A stretch of DNA of 64,000 bases from Vicugna vicugna. Lineage: Eukaryota. The DNA lies in NCBI GenBank assembly GCA_013265495.1, contig MU057719.1, forward strand, positions 62,001 through 126,000, read 5' to 3'. A program made the translations under genes and the position numbers. The notes below the pieces were generated by a model. It did not search any database. It was not told the origin of the DNA and worked only from the letters and a program-made list of their open reading frames with translations. This document shows, piece by piece, positions 24,333 through 37,000 of the stretch (position 1 is its first letter; the number at the start of each line of letters is the position of its first letter).

Positions 24333-25660
24333 TTTGGACAAAATCAGAAAGACAGCACAACAGACAGAGATATTCTCTACAGCAAACAGCACTGGAACAA
24401 CTGGACTTCCGTGTGCAAAAATAAAATGTGAACACAGACTTTTATGAAAACTAACTCAAAGTAGATTATAGGCTTAAATGTAAAATGAAAATTATAATCC
24501 CCCTGGATGATAACACAGGAGAAAACCTAGACGACCTTGAGGACAGAGATGACTTTTCCGGCGCGACACCAAAGTCACAAGCCAGGAAGGAGTCATCGAC
24601 AAGCTAGACTTCTGTTAACATTTAAAACCTGCTCCCTGTGGCAAGAATGAGAAGCCGGGCTGCGGCCTGGGGAAGCTTTGACAGACACACCTGATAAAGG
24701 ACCGTTGTCCAAAATGTACAAAGAGCTCTTGAAACTCCACAATTAGAAAATGAACAACCTGATTCAAAATGGGGAAAAGCCGTGCGCCGTCAGCTCACCA
24801 AAGACACCGGGACGGCGAGTGAGCACGTGGGGACCGCTGCACCTCCCACGTCGCCAGGGGAACGCGGCTGAAACAGCGGTGAGACGGGACACCGCGGCCC
24901 ATCGGCCAAACGGAGGCCCTGGCAGCGCCCAGCGCCGCGAGGACGTGCAGCAGCAGGACCCCCCTCACTGCTGGCCCGGGTGCAAGGTGGCGGAGCCACT
25001 TTGGAAGGCAGCGTGGTGGCTTCGCAGGAGGACACATACTCTTACCATGTGAGCCAGCAGTCAGGCCCGTCGCTGTTCATCCAAACGAACTGAAAACTCA
25101 CGTCCACGCAGAAACCTGCACACGGGCGTCGACAGCACCTCTATTCATAACTGCCGAGGCGCAGAAAGCAACCAAAACATCCTTCAGAGGGTGAAGGATT
25201 AGTAAACGGTGGTCCATCCAGATCACAAAATAATACTCTGCACTAAAGACACGCAGGAACCTTAAATGAACATTATCGAGTGAAAGAAGGCATCTGAAAA
25301 GACTCCCCACTGTGCGATTCCGACTCGGATGTTCTGGAAGAGGCAGCACACAGAGGCTGGAAGAGAAGTCAGTGGCTAGCGGATCTGTGCCGCTGTGTGT
25401 TTGCCCAAGTCTGTGACCGTACAGCACTGAGAGCGGCCTTAATGTAAACTGTGGGCTTCCGGGATAACGACGTGTCCGAGGCGGCGCATCAGCTGTAACA
25501 GATGCCCTGCTGGTGGGAGACGGTGGTAGTGGGAGGTAAGTGGGGTGTGGGCGGCAGAGGGAGTGTGGGAAATCTCTGTGCTTCCCACTCCGTTTTGCTG
25601 TGACCCTAAAGCTGCTTTGAAAAATAAAGCTTATTAACTAAAAAAAAACAAACACAAAAT
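24333..25660 (+). mobile_element. L1MA/L1MB-like ORF2 3' end plus 3' UTR
   Basis: 'ggaacaactggacttccgtgtgcaaaa', 'ttggaaggcagc', 'catactcttaccat', and 'ggaaatctctgtgcttcccactccgttttgctgtgaccctaaagctgctttgaaaaataaag' followed by an A-tail. Confidence 0.85.
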
Positions 25661-27699
25661 AAAGGGGGGAAATCAGGTCTGGGGGACCATTTAGCCACAG
25701 GGAAAGTGCCCACAATGCCCCTTAGCACTCAGCCCGGGGCAGGTCCCAGCGCCACGCAGGTCCCCACGGGGACGCTCCTCCGCACGGCCTCCCTCTGACT
25801 GGGCCCTCTCCCGTGGCCCTTTGTGGGCTGCACAATGGCTGCCTTGTTGCTCCCCCGACGGCCCCGGGGCCCATGGAGACTGCTGCTCCTCGGTGGCCTT
25901 CCTGTCTCATCGCTCCGCTCTGGGGCCGGGGTGAGACCCACTCCAGACAAAAGCGCAGCAGCAAATGGCGTGTTTCCATCGGCCCGGGGAAACTCAGCGG
26001 CAATTAACGGCAGGAGCTTTTCGTCGCTTTACCAGCCCTGCCAGGACGTGGGGTCAGCAGCGTGAGTCTTCCCAGGGGACTGCCCTGCAGGGGGGCGGCA
26101 ACGTGTCCTCAGCTAGAAAGGGAGGGGACCTCTCCCCGCCCTCCGCCCACCTCCACTCCGGCTGGCCTGCCTTCTCCAAGAAGACAGAGTGACAGTTACA
26201 GGAAGCAGAGACAGATAGCCCGTGGTCTTCGTCAGCAAACGGCAGGATTATGGAGTGTGAGCTGTCCTGCGGCTTCAGATCACTACTGGGCTTGTCCAAT
26301 AAAGTCAGTCCAGGCAGATTTACAGAGAGCCAGCTGAGACGCCAGGAGTGACCCAGGCTCTTGGCATCACTGCCTCCCCGATGGGGACGGTGCTTCATGC
26401 AGGAAGAATGCGCTGCGTGTTTTCCCAGCTTCCTTCTCGAGGCTGCCACTGAAGGTGGGAGCCGGGGAGCCTCTCGGAAGGACTCTTCAGCTCTCGGCTT
26501 TCAGAAATTCCACAGATGGGTCTGGGATGTGAATCATGCTTTGGGTTTGGAAAAAGTTGCAGAATCGAAGCTGACGAAGGCTTGGGGCCACCCCAGCGTG
26601 GTGGCCGGCCGAGGGGGGCTGTGCTGGGCCCCCATCTGCTCTGTCTGGGGCTGGGGGTCAGGGTCTGTCAAGCTACGGGTAACATTTAGTCATAGGTCAG
26701 CTGTCCCAGAAACTGGATTCGTCTGCTTAACTGTCCCAAACCACAAGCACAGCCGTGGGCTCCTGGTTCCACAATCCTCTGGGGTGCCGCAAATGATTTC
26801 CAGGGGTGCACCGGAGCTCCCAGAGTAAAATCTTTCCTTAAGCAAGCACACAAAACCCTACAGTGAATCATCGCCCCGAACAACCGGAACACTGGTGAGA
26901 GACCAGGGCGGGGGACGGGAGCGTCTCCTTACCAAGTAGTGGCGCCCCGGTAGTCCAGCTGTGGGGTGAGGCGGCCCTCAAGGACGGAAGGCCCGTCTCC
27001 CTTTTATAAACAGAGAAACGGAGGCCCAAAGAGAGGAAAGGACTCCGTGCCCCCGCCCCAGAGCCCTACACGGCACAAGCCACTGACAGGCACCGACTCT
27101 AGAAATCTCCCTCCTCAGTTTACTCCTGAAAGTCCTTCTGAGGGAGTGTGTGCTTTTTTTCAGTTTTGGAACCAAAGGCACAAGAATTCACACGGAACGG
27201 ATCTGCCAGGCCTCACCGCGACCTTCCCTCGGGGAGTCTCCCCGTCGGGCACCCTGCACAGCTGCGGGGCCCCCGTCAGGGCCACTTTTCTGGAAGGAAA
27301 GGCTCCCTCTGGGAGGGTGCCTTTCCGCCGCCGTCTCACGTCTCACAACGGCCAGGCTCGGAATTCAGGGTCAGGCCCTCGGCCTTCCAGGTCCACTGGG
27401 ATGCTGGCCCGGTGGGCAGTTTGTGTTGCAGAGACATCCTGAGACCAGCCTGGCTGCTGCTCCTTTCTCCCCATCCCATGAAGATGGAGTCATAAGAAGG
27501 GGTCTTGAGTAATTTCCACAGGAATTGGAGAGCAAATCGGACCCCTGCCCCACCTAGCAACCAGGGTCCTGCTCTGGGCCAAGGGTCAGCCTTGGGACAG
27601 ATGGCCTGGAACTGTCAGTGGAGTCCATGAGCTTGAGCAGTTCCACCGCCTTCCTCAAGACATCTCACTCCTTTTTAGTAAGAAGGGAATATTTCCTTC

Positions 27700-28030
27700 T
27701 TGTATCTGTTAGCACAGGATTGGCTATGCTGAGAAACAAACTTCCCCCAACATCTTTGCGGTTTAAAACAACAAGAGAGTATTTCTCCCTCAGGCTACGC
27801 GTACCTCCTGACACGTGTACTCGGTGACCCAGGCGCTGGCCTGTCATCAGCGGTTCCGTGGCTGGGGGATGACCAGACACCCTCCAGGTGCCTCCGCTCA
27901 GAGGTGAGAACTGTCACCTCCACTGGTGTTTCACCTGCTGGACTGAGTCTCGTGGCCGTGCTCAGTCCGAAGGGGGAGGAAGGGCCATCCCTCCACCCAG
28001 ACATGGAGGGAGCTGGCCCAGGTGAGCACT
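27700..28030 (-). mobile_element. Old MLT1 (MLT1J/K-like) LTR
   Basis: 'tgtatctgttagcacaggattggctatgctgagaaacaaac' and 'gcggtttaaaacaacaagagagtatttctc' resemble the MLT1J/K start in reverse orientation. Confidence 0.55.
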
Positions 28031-28569
28031 GGATGACTGCCCTCCCGTCCAGGGCTGGCAAGAGGAGCAGCGGTCCCGGAGCAAGCAGACCCGCAGCCCC
28101 GTCACCAGCTGGCAGCCAGGCTGCTAGCCCGGGTGATGGCTGATGCTGCTCCTTCCACTGCAGACCCCCTGGCAGGGCTCGGGGGCCACGGTGCCCGAGG
28201 GTATTCAGGGGTAGGCGTTTCCAGAGGAGCATGATTGCAAGGGCAGGGGAGGATGCAGCCGGTGCAGCCAAACAGCGGTCCTTCTGGCGACTTCCCAACT
28301 CCCTTCAGCCGACGTGGGTCAGGGACCCTCCTCTGCTTGGGGCTCACCAGCGGACAAGCCCGTGGAAGGAAAGAATGTTCCAACCCAGTCAAGGCAGGAC
28401 TGTCTGATTGTCTAAATCCTGGTTGCTTTTGATCTTTAAAAGTCAGCTTGTTTTTATCTGAAGCCCAGGATGCAACAGAACTCAAGTTGGAGAGTCTGGT
28501 TTCCAGAGAAAACCCCACAGTGGAATGTGAGTCTAAGTCAACCGAGCTGGGGCAGCCGGGCCTTCCAGT

Positions 28570-28720
28570 CCCATCCCCCCTCTCTGTTTCTTCCCTTGTC
28601 TCTCTAGCTCTGTCTCTCCCTCTGTGTCTCTGTCTCTGTCTGTGTCTCTGTGTCGCCCTCCCCATCTCTCACTCTGTGTCTCTGTCTGTGTCTCTGTGTC
28701 CCTCTCCTCCCTCCCTCCCT
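28570..28720. repeat. TC/TG-rich simple repeat
   Basis: 'ctctgtgtctctgtctctgtctgtgtctctgtgtc' with near-total absence of A on the + strand. Confidence 0.85.
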
Positions 28721-30119
28721 CCTAAGCCCAGACAACAACAGATGATGTAACTTGGAGCCCCAGCAGCCAGCTTGTTGTAGCTGAAGAATCCACGTGTTTT
28801 AAGTGTTTTAGAAAAGAATGACACCGTCTTTCCCGCAGGAGCAGGACGGGACAAGCTACCCCAGGGAGCTCACCCACCCCTGGAACAGAGCACCCAGACC
28901 CCTGCAGTGACCAGTCGGGCGCCCCAGGATCAGCGCCCGCTCGGAGCCCAGAGACCTCCCTGCTCATGGAAAACGGGTACTTTCCCATCCAGCAGCCCCG
29001 GTAACAAGCTGGCAGTGGCCGCTGGCGACAGTGAGCTAATGACAATTGCAGACCCGCTGGAGCAGCCAGCCTGGGCGCAGGCAGACGGAACAGAACTTCC
29101 CTCTTCCAGGTCGGCGTGTTCGAGCGCTGCTCTCCAAATTGGCCTGGGGGGGACCTGCGGGCTGCTCACCACCCGCGTGGGCCGTGACTCAGAGGACGTG
29201 CCCCAGATCCCGGCGAGCACGCACCGGCCGGTCCCCCCCACCGGGACCAGCTTTGGCACAGGAGACACCAAACGCATACGTGTCCCTGCGTTAGGGCGGA
29301 ACGTGGCCCTGATCCAAGTTTCTGCCCCAAAGGAGGCTTTTTCTAACCAGCGATCTGTCGGAGCCGCACCGCAGCCGCGTCCCCACCAGCACTCGGGGAT
29401 GGAGACGTGTGTGTCTTGTGCCCTGCTTACAAGGGGGCGGGCAGGCACAGGGAGGCTGGTGTCAAACGGGAGTAAAGACCAGGAAAGGGGCATGCCTTTT
29501 GATCCCGGTTTGGTTTGAATAGGTTTTCAAGGCAGAAAGTTTGAAGACGGGGGGAGGAAAGAGAAAATCACTCCGGATTTGTGTTTTCACAAAGGCGCAG
29601 ATCAGTAAATCACAGGCTCCCTCTCCTTCTCCGCCCTCTGAAGCCAGGCTGGGAGCTCACCGGCCGCGGGCGGGGAGGAGCGTGTTCTGGGCCTGCCCCG
29701 ACCCCGGAGAGCCCAGCATGGGGCGGAGGGCAGGGGCAGCCTGGAAGACAGAACAGGGGCGTCCGAGCTGGGTTCTCTGCCACTCAGAGGCTGTCCCAAC
29801 CCCTCCAAGTTATAGGCACGCTGCCTTGGCCCAGGGAGGGCCGCGGACGGGACTCTAGGCTTCCTTTACCAAGGGGAGTGGCCGGCCCAGGCTCTGTCCA
29901 GCTTCCTGACTTTTAGTCTAGAAAGTTCCCTTTAAATCTCAGCCCTCTGGGAAAAGGGGGAGGGACTGTAGAACCAGCATGTGGCTTCTTCAGCCGCTGA
30001 GGTGGAGCCGAGGCGTGGGCAGACCCCTCGTAACTGTCTGACTAGTCAGCTCAGGCTGCCGGGGGGAAGCCAGGGCAATGGCGGGCGAGACAGCGGGCGT
30101 GTCGTCCCCCCGCCCGGGA

Positions 30120-30415
30120 GCCGGACACCCCAGGCCAAAATGCCGGCAGACCTGTCGGCTGGTGAGGGCTCTCCTCCCGGCTCACGTACGGCCGCCTGCT
30201 ACCTGTGTCACTCCTCAGTCACACGGCGGAGAGGACTAGCTCCAGTCTCTCTTCCCCTTCTTAGAAGGACACCAATCCCATCCTGGGGCTCCCCCCCATG
30301 ACCTCAGCTGACGCTCCTCGCCTTCCAAGGGCCCCCGCCCCCACATGCCATCACATTGGAGGTTAGGGCTTCCACATGTGAAACCGAAGCGACATAGACA
30401 TTCAGCTCAAAGCAC
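30120..30415 (-). mobile_element. MLT1A-like MaLR LTR
   Basis: 'ggtgagggctctcctcccggctc', 'cttcttagaaggacaccaatcccatcctggggc' and 'catgccatcacattggaggttagggcttccacatgtgaa', ending near 'gacattcagctcaaagca'. Confidence 0.75.
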
Positions 30416-32714
30416 CGTCTTTGGCTCCCCGGTGCTCCTCGGTGGAAATGGTGGAACCACACCTAACACCCAGCTGTGTAAGAGCTGCGGACTGCCACCG
30501 CACACCTCGAGGGGGCACCAGCCACATCCTGGTCTGTGGACAGATGCCTGGAGTTGAGCAGTGCACAACCTGCACAGCCATCCACACTGAACCTGAGTCT
30601 GGCATCCGCTGGTCACTGGAGCCCTGCATTTGGGTTTTCCCCCTGCCACCGGGGGTCCCCTTAACAAACAGGTGACACATTCAAATGTTAAAGCAGTGAA
30701 GCCCAGGAGCCCTGGAGAAGACAAACCTCCCCCGGAACATGGGCTCGGGACAACTTCACCCACTCCTAGGTCCACCATCTGCGTTTGTCCTCTCTGCGAG
30801 CCCATCTGGCGGACACTGCTGTCCTTGGTTTGCAGGTGGGCAGCACTGAGGCTGAGGCCAGACCACACTCAGACAATAGCATCCAAAACTCCAGGCACGT
30901 TTGGCTCCAAAGCCAGAGATCAGGCCTGGGTCCTGCGGTCTCGATCTGCTGAGACCTGGGGCCAGCGGCGCCCCGGGGGCCAGAGCATTTCATCAACAAG
31001 CGCTGGGCCAGTGGGTGACCGCACATGCACCACTGTCACTCAGTGAGGCCCCTGAGCATCAGGCCACCTGCCTCATGCGATGCAGACCTGGTACACGGCA
31101 GGGGCAGCTCCCAGCGAGCACCCGCTGTGGGCGGGGATGGAGCGGCACGTCGTGCACCCGCCAGTCAGCATCAGCCACAGCGACAGCACTAGGAGGTGCA
31201 GATGGATTTACCTCGCACGAGGCGCTGGCTCCTGGACTCGGGGAACTGGCTGCACAAGCCGGAAAGCCACAGGGCCGCCTGCCGGGGGCCAGCTGTCCAC
31301 TCTGGGGCAGGACCTCTGCTTCTTCAGGGGAGCCTCAGCCCTGCTCTGGCGGAGTCCGGCCCTCCCAGGTTATCAAGGGTGCTCGCCCTCATTGCAAGTC
31401 AACCGATTCTGAACTTCCATCACGTCTACAAAACGCCCAGACGCCCGTGTGACTGAGTCACTGGGCTCTAGCACCGCCACACGCGGACCAGCCAGTCTGG
31501 TCCTGATGCGGCCTGCACTGGATGGATGGTGGAACGGAGCCCCAGAGCGGACACGCCTCATGTGTCCCGAGCACAGGTCAGGTGGCCAGCACGTGGCCAC
31601 TCAGGGATGTGAGGCTGGGCACCGTCTTCTCTGCCTCCTCTGCCGCTCCCAGGGGTCTCACTTAGGTCCAGGCCCCCCGGAAGTCCCCACCCTGTGCCCT
31701 CTGGGGGGACAGACACCTCACCAGGTCCTTTGCACAAAGCTGGATGAGACAGGTACGCGCTAGTCCTGGGAACCTCTGTGCTGGGCACCCAGCAGGCTCG
31801 GAACAATCGTTCATTCACGGTCAGGAGGTGAGGCGCCCCAAGATGCATGACTAGCCTGGCTGGCAGGGGTGAGAAAGGATTCTTGGAAAGTGACATCGAC
31901 CCTGAGTTCAGGATGGTGACAGAGAGTCAAACGGGCTACGGGTGGAGGAGAGGCAGGCGCTTGCTCTCCCCCAGTGCCTGTGGTCCCCAGGCCGCCCGAG
32001 GTGGGTGATGCGGCTAGAACGGGGTGGGGTGGGGGCATAGACCTGAGTCCTGGGCATGCGCGGCATTTGGTGGCCAAGGGCAGGGCCTCAGTGGATCGAT
32101 CCATTCGACAGGTCCTTCCTGGGAGCACTGGCTGAAGTGGGGGCCTCCTGGGGGCAGGGCGGGGCCCTCACGGGAAGACTGAGGGTGATGGTTCCCGGGG
32201 TCCTACACGGAGCACCTGCTGAGACGGACCCGTCAGTGCTTCTCCCTCCCCACCCCACATGCACGGTGGGTGAGCCTCGTGACTCCCCAGGGCCGGGGCT
32301 GGGTCACTAGAGGGCAGAACCTCCAGCTTACTCCGTGCCCTGCCGTCCTGCTGGCCTTTACGAGGGACCCCGTGGCCCGACAGATGGGGTCTCTGCGGGC
32401 ACCACCTGGCTGGACTGGACAGGTGACACCTTCACGCCTCCTGTGGGGCAGGAAATGTCACCCTGTGCCAGTCCTGCATGGGGAGCGTCCTCAAGTGCTG
32501 CCCAGTGGGGTACAGCCTCATGTGTCCCGAGCACAGCACACAGCATGTGTGCGCCTGGCACTCAGGAGATGCTTCTGGAATATTTGCTGAATGCAAGACT
32601 GCGTCCTCACCGGGGCTCCTGCGAAGCCTTCATTCACCCAGTCATTCTATAAACACTGATGGAGCATGTTTTGTATGTTAACTTCATCCTAAGCACTAGG
32701 GAAGCCAACCTAAA

Positions 32715-32815
32715 AAGAGAGACGGACAGACAGACAGAGAGGAGGGAAGGAAGGGAGGGAGGGAAGGAGGGAGGGAGACAGCAGGGAAGGGGAAGGAGAG
32801 ACAGTCCCTGCCCAA
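32715..32815. repeat. GA-rich polypurine tract
   Basis: 'gagagacggacagacagacagagaggagggaaggaagggagggagggaaggagggagggag'. Confidence 0.8.
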
Positions 32816-33549
32816 GACGCCCACTCCCCTGAGCCGGGCACAGAGGAAACCAGGGCGTGGGAGAGGCCGGCAGGTTATCAGAGAGTCTGGCCGAGTCATT
32901 CATCCAACAGCGTCTGTGCGCCGGGCATGGGCGGAGGGTGGGGCCTGAGCTCGGCAGTGGATGGCGGACGGCGGACGGCGAGCACTGACCACTGACCACA
33001 GAGCCGCCCCGGGTTAGCACAGGGGAGGCATAGGGTTGCAGGGAGCAGACGGTGAGGGTCTCGGACAGTGGTCCCCGGTGAGAAGGGACCAGCCAGGTGA
33101 AGGAGGGAGGTGGGGGCACATCCCCAGGAGGGCATACGGAGGAGGAAGACGAGGACGAGGCTTGACTTGAATGTGGACGTCCACCCCAGCCAGGCCTCGG
33201 CCCTGAGAACGGATGTAAAGCGACCCACTTCCTTCCCGAGAACCTGGTCCCCGGGTGGACTTCAGTCTGCCCAGGAGGGGCTTCCAGAGCCAGTCGGCCC
33301 GCTGGCCCGGTGCCTCACACAGCCCTGTCCACGGGGGGTGCCAGTGGCCCCCATTGAGAACCTGAGGCCAGGGCCTGGGAACCCCTGGGGCCTCGTGGCC
33401 AGGTGGGAGGGGGCAGCGAGGCTGGTGGGCCGAGGATGTTTGCACAGTGAGTCAGAGCAGATGTGGGGCCATTGTGACACGGGCCCACGGAGGCCGGGCT
33501 CAGGGCCTCTGCTCCCTCCCGCCAGAGGGGGCCTGGGTGGGGGTGGGGA

Positions 33550-34084
33550 GGCACATGGCCCGGGGCTGAGGGCCAGCTGAAGTTAGCGCACATCTGAAGT
33601 GAAGAAAGTTTTGTTTTGTTCTAGGAACCCGAGTCTGTTCGAAGTTGGCCACACATGAGGGGCCGGGGAGGCCCGCCAGCCCGGTGTCTTGCGGGCCCTG
33701 GCTGAGGCGCAGATATAAATAGCCCGCTCTCAGAACGCGGATGGCCCGCCGGCGCGGGCGCGGTCACGGTCACAGGGGCCCGGACGCGCCCCCTCAGGCC
33801 GCCTGCCCGCGACGCGGGCCTCCTGGCGGCTCTGTGGGGCCGCAGCCCGGGGCAGGAGGACAGGCCCTGCCGGGGTTCAGGCTGAAGGGCCTCGGGAGCC
33901 TCCTCGGTGCCCGCCCAGAGCGCGCTCCCATGTCGAGAAAAGCCCACGCAGAGGTTCTCCTGCGGCTAACTCACTCCAGAAGGTGCTGGACTAAGCATCG
34001 CTGCTGTAAATAGATTTCTTCATTATCCTGGGGCATTTTTTTTGGCCAAAAGACTAAGGAAAACCCAGGGAAGACTCAGTAAGT
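33550..34084 (+). promoter_or_regulatory. Candidate CpG-rich TATA promoter and first exon
   Basis: TATAAATA at 33714-33721, four E-boxes (33552, 33574, 33591, 33652), dense CpGs over about 33.7-34.4 kb, and a donor A|GTAAGT at 34078/34079. Confidence 0.45.
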
Positions 34085-37000
34085 GTCTGGGCACCCCCTG
34101 CAGGGCTGCGGGAGGGGAGGCCCTGCGGCCGGGAGGACCGCGCGCTCGCACCGCGGACGTGCTCTGTGCGGGGTGCTGAAGGGCTCCTGGCCGGGGCTCC
34201 GGGCCGCACGTCCGTGAGGGCCAGGGTTGGGGACCCGGCTCAGGCACCCAGGACGGGGAACCCGGGTGCGTCTTGCGAGTGTTCCTGGGAGGTACGTTCT
34301 AGAGGAGCCGACTGAGGACGCCGGGAGATCAGCGACACTGAAGAGTTTATCGGGCACAGTCTTTGAGGGGAGGGGCCGCGCAGGGCCACGCGGGGAAGCA
34401 CCGGGGCCCAGCAGCCCCACTGCGGCTTCTCAGGAGGAGCTAGCCAGGCAGGGGAGGTGCCGCCCGGCAGGCTTAGCGCCGGCAGGTGCAAGTTCCTCAG
34501 CGGAATCTGGACTGCAGGGTGTCTGGTCGTGGGGCTCCTGGCCAGGGCTTAGGGCAGGGCTGGTATGAGAGTCAGAGACGGGCCGGGGTGGGCTCTGGAC
34601 TGTTGCTCTGTGTGTGAAAGGCGTGTTTGCAGGGGATTCTTTGCCGGCTCCAGGAATCGACACTCCCCCAGGAAGGGACAGGCTCTCCTGAGCCAGCAGG
34701 GCCCCCAGGATGCCACGAAAGTTGTAAATGTGATTGGTACGGGCAGACGGGTGCTTGTCTGGCCCGGGGTTCTGGGTCACCCTTCGGAGGACGCAACACC
34801 GTGGGCCACTCCTGGTCCTTGAAATGAACTGCTCTTTCTGCTCCCAGACCCTCCTCGGGCGCCCTCAGAGCCTGGTCTTGGGTGGTCTTCTGCCCTGAGA
34901 CCTCCCAGGGCCACGCACAGTGCTGGGTCCCCACCTCCACGCCCTTCCAGCCCCTCCTGGGCTCGGCACCTGCAGGGCCACAGCCCCACCTTTCACTGCC
35001 CCGTCCGTGCCCCGAGGCTCCCCGTCCGCGTTGTTTGCTCCTGCAGGCTCTGCCTCTGTGAACGGCCCTCTGTCTTCTCCATCGCCCGAGCCGAAGCCCA
35101 GGGTCACCCTCATCTCCGCCGCCCCCTTGTCCACACCACCCCAAACCATGCATTGCCCCATCGACCCTCTGATGTCTGTGTCGGTCCTGGGCCGCGCAGT
35201 GGCTTCCGGCCCTGCCTGCCTCCCCAGCTGCAGGCACGAGCGCCCCCGGCCCTTCCTCCAGCAGCAGCCAGAGCCATCTTTCTCCAGCTTCAGCCCGAAA
35301 CTCAGGTGCCACAGCTACCCCGGGAGTGAGCGCCTCCTTCAGGCTTGCGTCCCAGTCACCTCGCTGGCCTGACCCTCGTCCCCGGCCCTGCAGAAGCAGG
35401 CAGGTGACTGTCCACGGCTCCTGGTGCTTGGTGGACGGCCGCCCGCGCGGGAGGGAGAGAGCACCACGGCAGCCGTGCCCGCACAGCAGCTCCCGCACCA
35501 CGGGGCCCAGCCGCCCTCGCCCAGGCCCTGCTGCTCCCTGTCACATGCGAGCCCCCAGGTCACTCAGAGGCTGTGTTTCTGGTTCCAAGGCCGTTTCTTT
35601 TAATCCTGACGCTTTACTGCAGCTCTCATCCCCTCGGGGCCCTATTAAGTAAAACAAAACCCACAAACACCCACTCACTTGGACAACACTGACTCTGATG
35701 CTGCAAACCTGGGGCCTTTTCTGAACAAACCGCTTCCTCGTGGGCAGCTCATGGCACCGGCAGCGCCGCCAAGCAGCCTTCGGAAGGTCTGCGCAAACAC
35801 TGACACGCTCTCCAAGCCTCTCCTGACTGTTTGCACAGAAGCAAGGAACACACCCACCCTGTTTAGTTGGCCTGGCCCCTTAAGGACCTCCGGAGAGGAC
35901 TTGCAGTAACCGACACGCACCTTTCCAAAGTGCCGGCGTGCAGGCCAAGCCAGAAAGCGGCGCTCATACCAGCCCGTTTATTCAGACCGCTGCAGAAGCC
36001 AGGCTGGCCAGTCTAATTAATTCAAGTGAGTGATGCGTTTCCACCAACCGCGGGCCACCTCTGCAGCCAGCCTCTCCACGTGCTGGCCAGCATCCTAAGT
36101 GTTGTGGGGGTCGAGGCCACGGTCCGTCCACAGCAGTGGAAGCAGCCAGGAGGGAACTGGACCATGAGGAGGGCACGGCCCAGGGGCTCCTCTCCAGGCA
36201 GCCCCCACCTGCTAAACTGTGTGGACGGCCCCAAAGATATAGCATCACAGGCTGAGAGCTAACACCTTCTGGGACCACTGGGCCCCACGCCCCAGCTCAG
36301 AAGGAGTCAGGGAGGAGCCAGGAGCAGGCCGGGAGCCCCACCATCCCAGCTGTGCCCTCAGCACCCTCCTGCCCCTGGCGAGTCCCTGCCCCTTCCCCAG
36401 CACCTTGGCGCTCGCCCCGCCAGCTTCGGGGCTGTTACGTTTAGAAGTGTTATCAATCCATGAACTTTTTTTTTTTAAATCAGAAGGCGACCCAGCATTT
36501 GCCAGCTTTTAACCACTTAGTGTCACTTCCATTTCACGGCAGCAGGAAGGATGTGACCTCACAATACAGGACACGGCCGGACACGGGATAAATGGCACTT
36601 TGTGAAAAACTTGGCGTGCTGTCCTTGTGTGGTTTGTTCGCGTGGACCTGTGGAAATGGCTCCCACACTCAGGACACGGGCTGGGTGGCTCTGAGGCCTG
36701 ATAGCTCCGGACGCTCCAAGTCGTAGGAAGTCCATGTGAGACTGGTGTCACCGGCAGGCGTCCTCGCCGTCTCCTTGACGCGCAGAAGCTCCTTAAGGAC
36801 CAAGACACGCTCCCTATCACTCTGAGCATCCCCCGCATGGCTCACGGTGACTGGCTGCTTGGACACGCCCACGCGCAGACCCTGGGCGGGGTGCTGGGGG
36901 CCGCCAGCTCCGCGCCACCATCCCGACTGGAGGTCCCTTCATTTTGTGTTTCCTCCTCTATCAGTAGTCTTCGTCTGTTCTATTCTTTTCTCTCTTTTGG

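Noticed and set aside
27665-27880. Minus-strand ORF ending at a GTGAGA donor
   Set aside because: Lies mostly within an old MLT1 LTR remnant.
34572-35501. 309-aa minus-strand ORF
   Set aside because: Gly/Arg/Trp-rich low-information translation with no homology recognised; typical GC-rich artefact.
36669-36872. ORF with 'ERVLVLKELLRVKETARTPAGDTSLTWTSYDLERPE'
   Set aside because: Short, no ATG context or known homology, and only mediocre splice sites.
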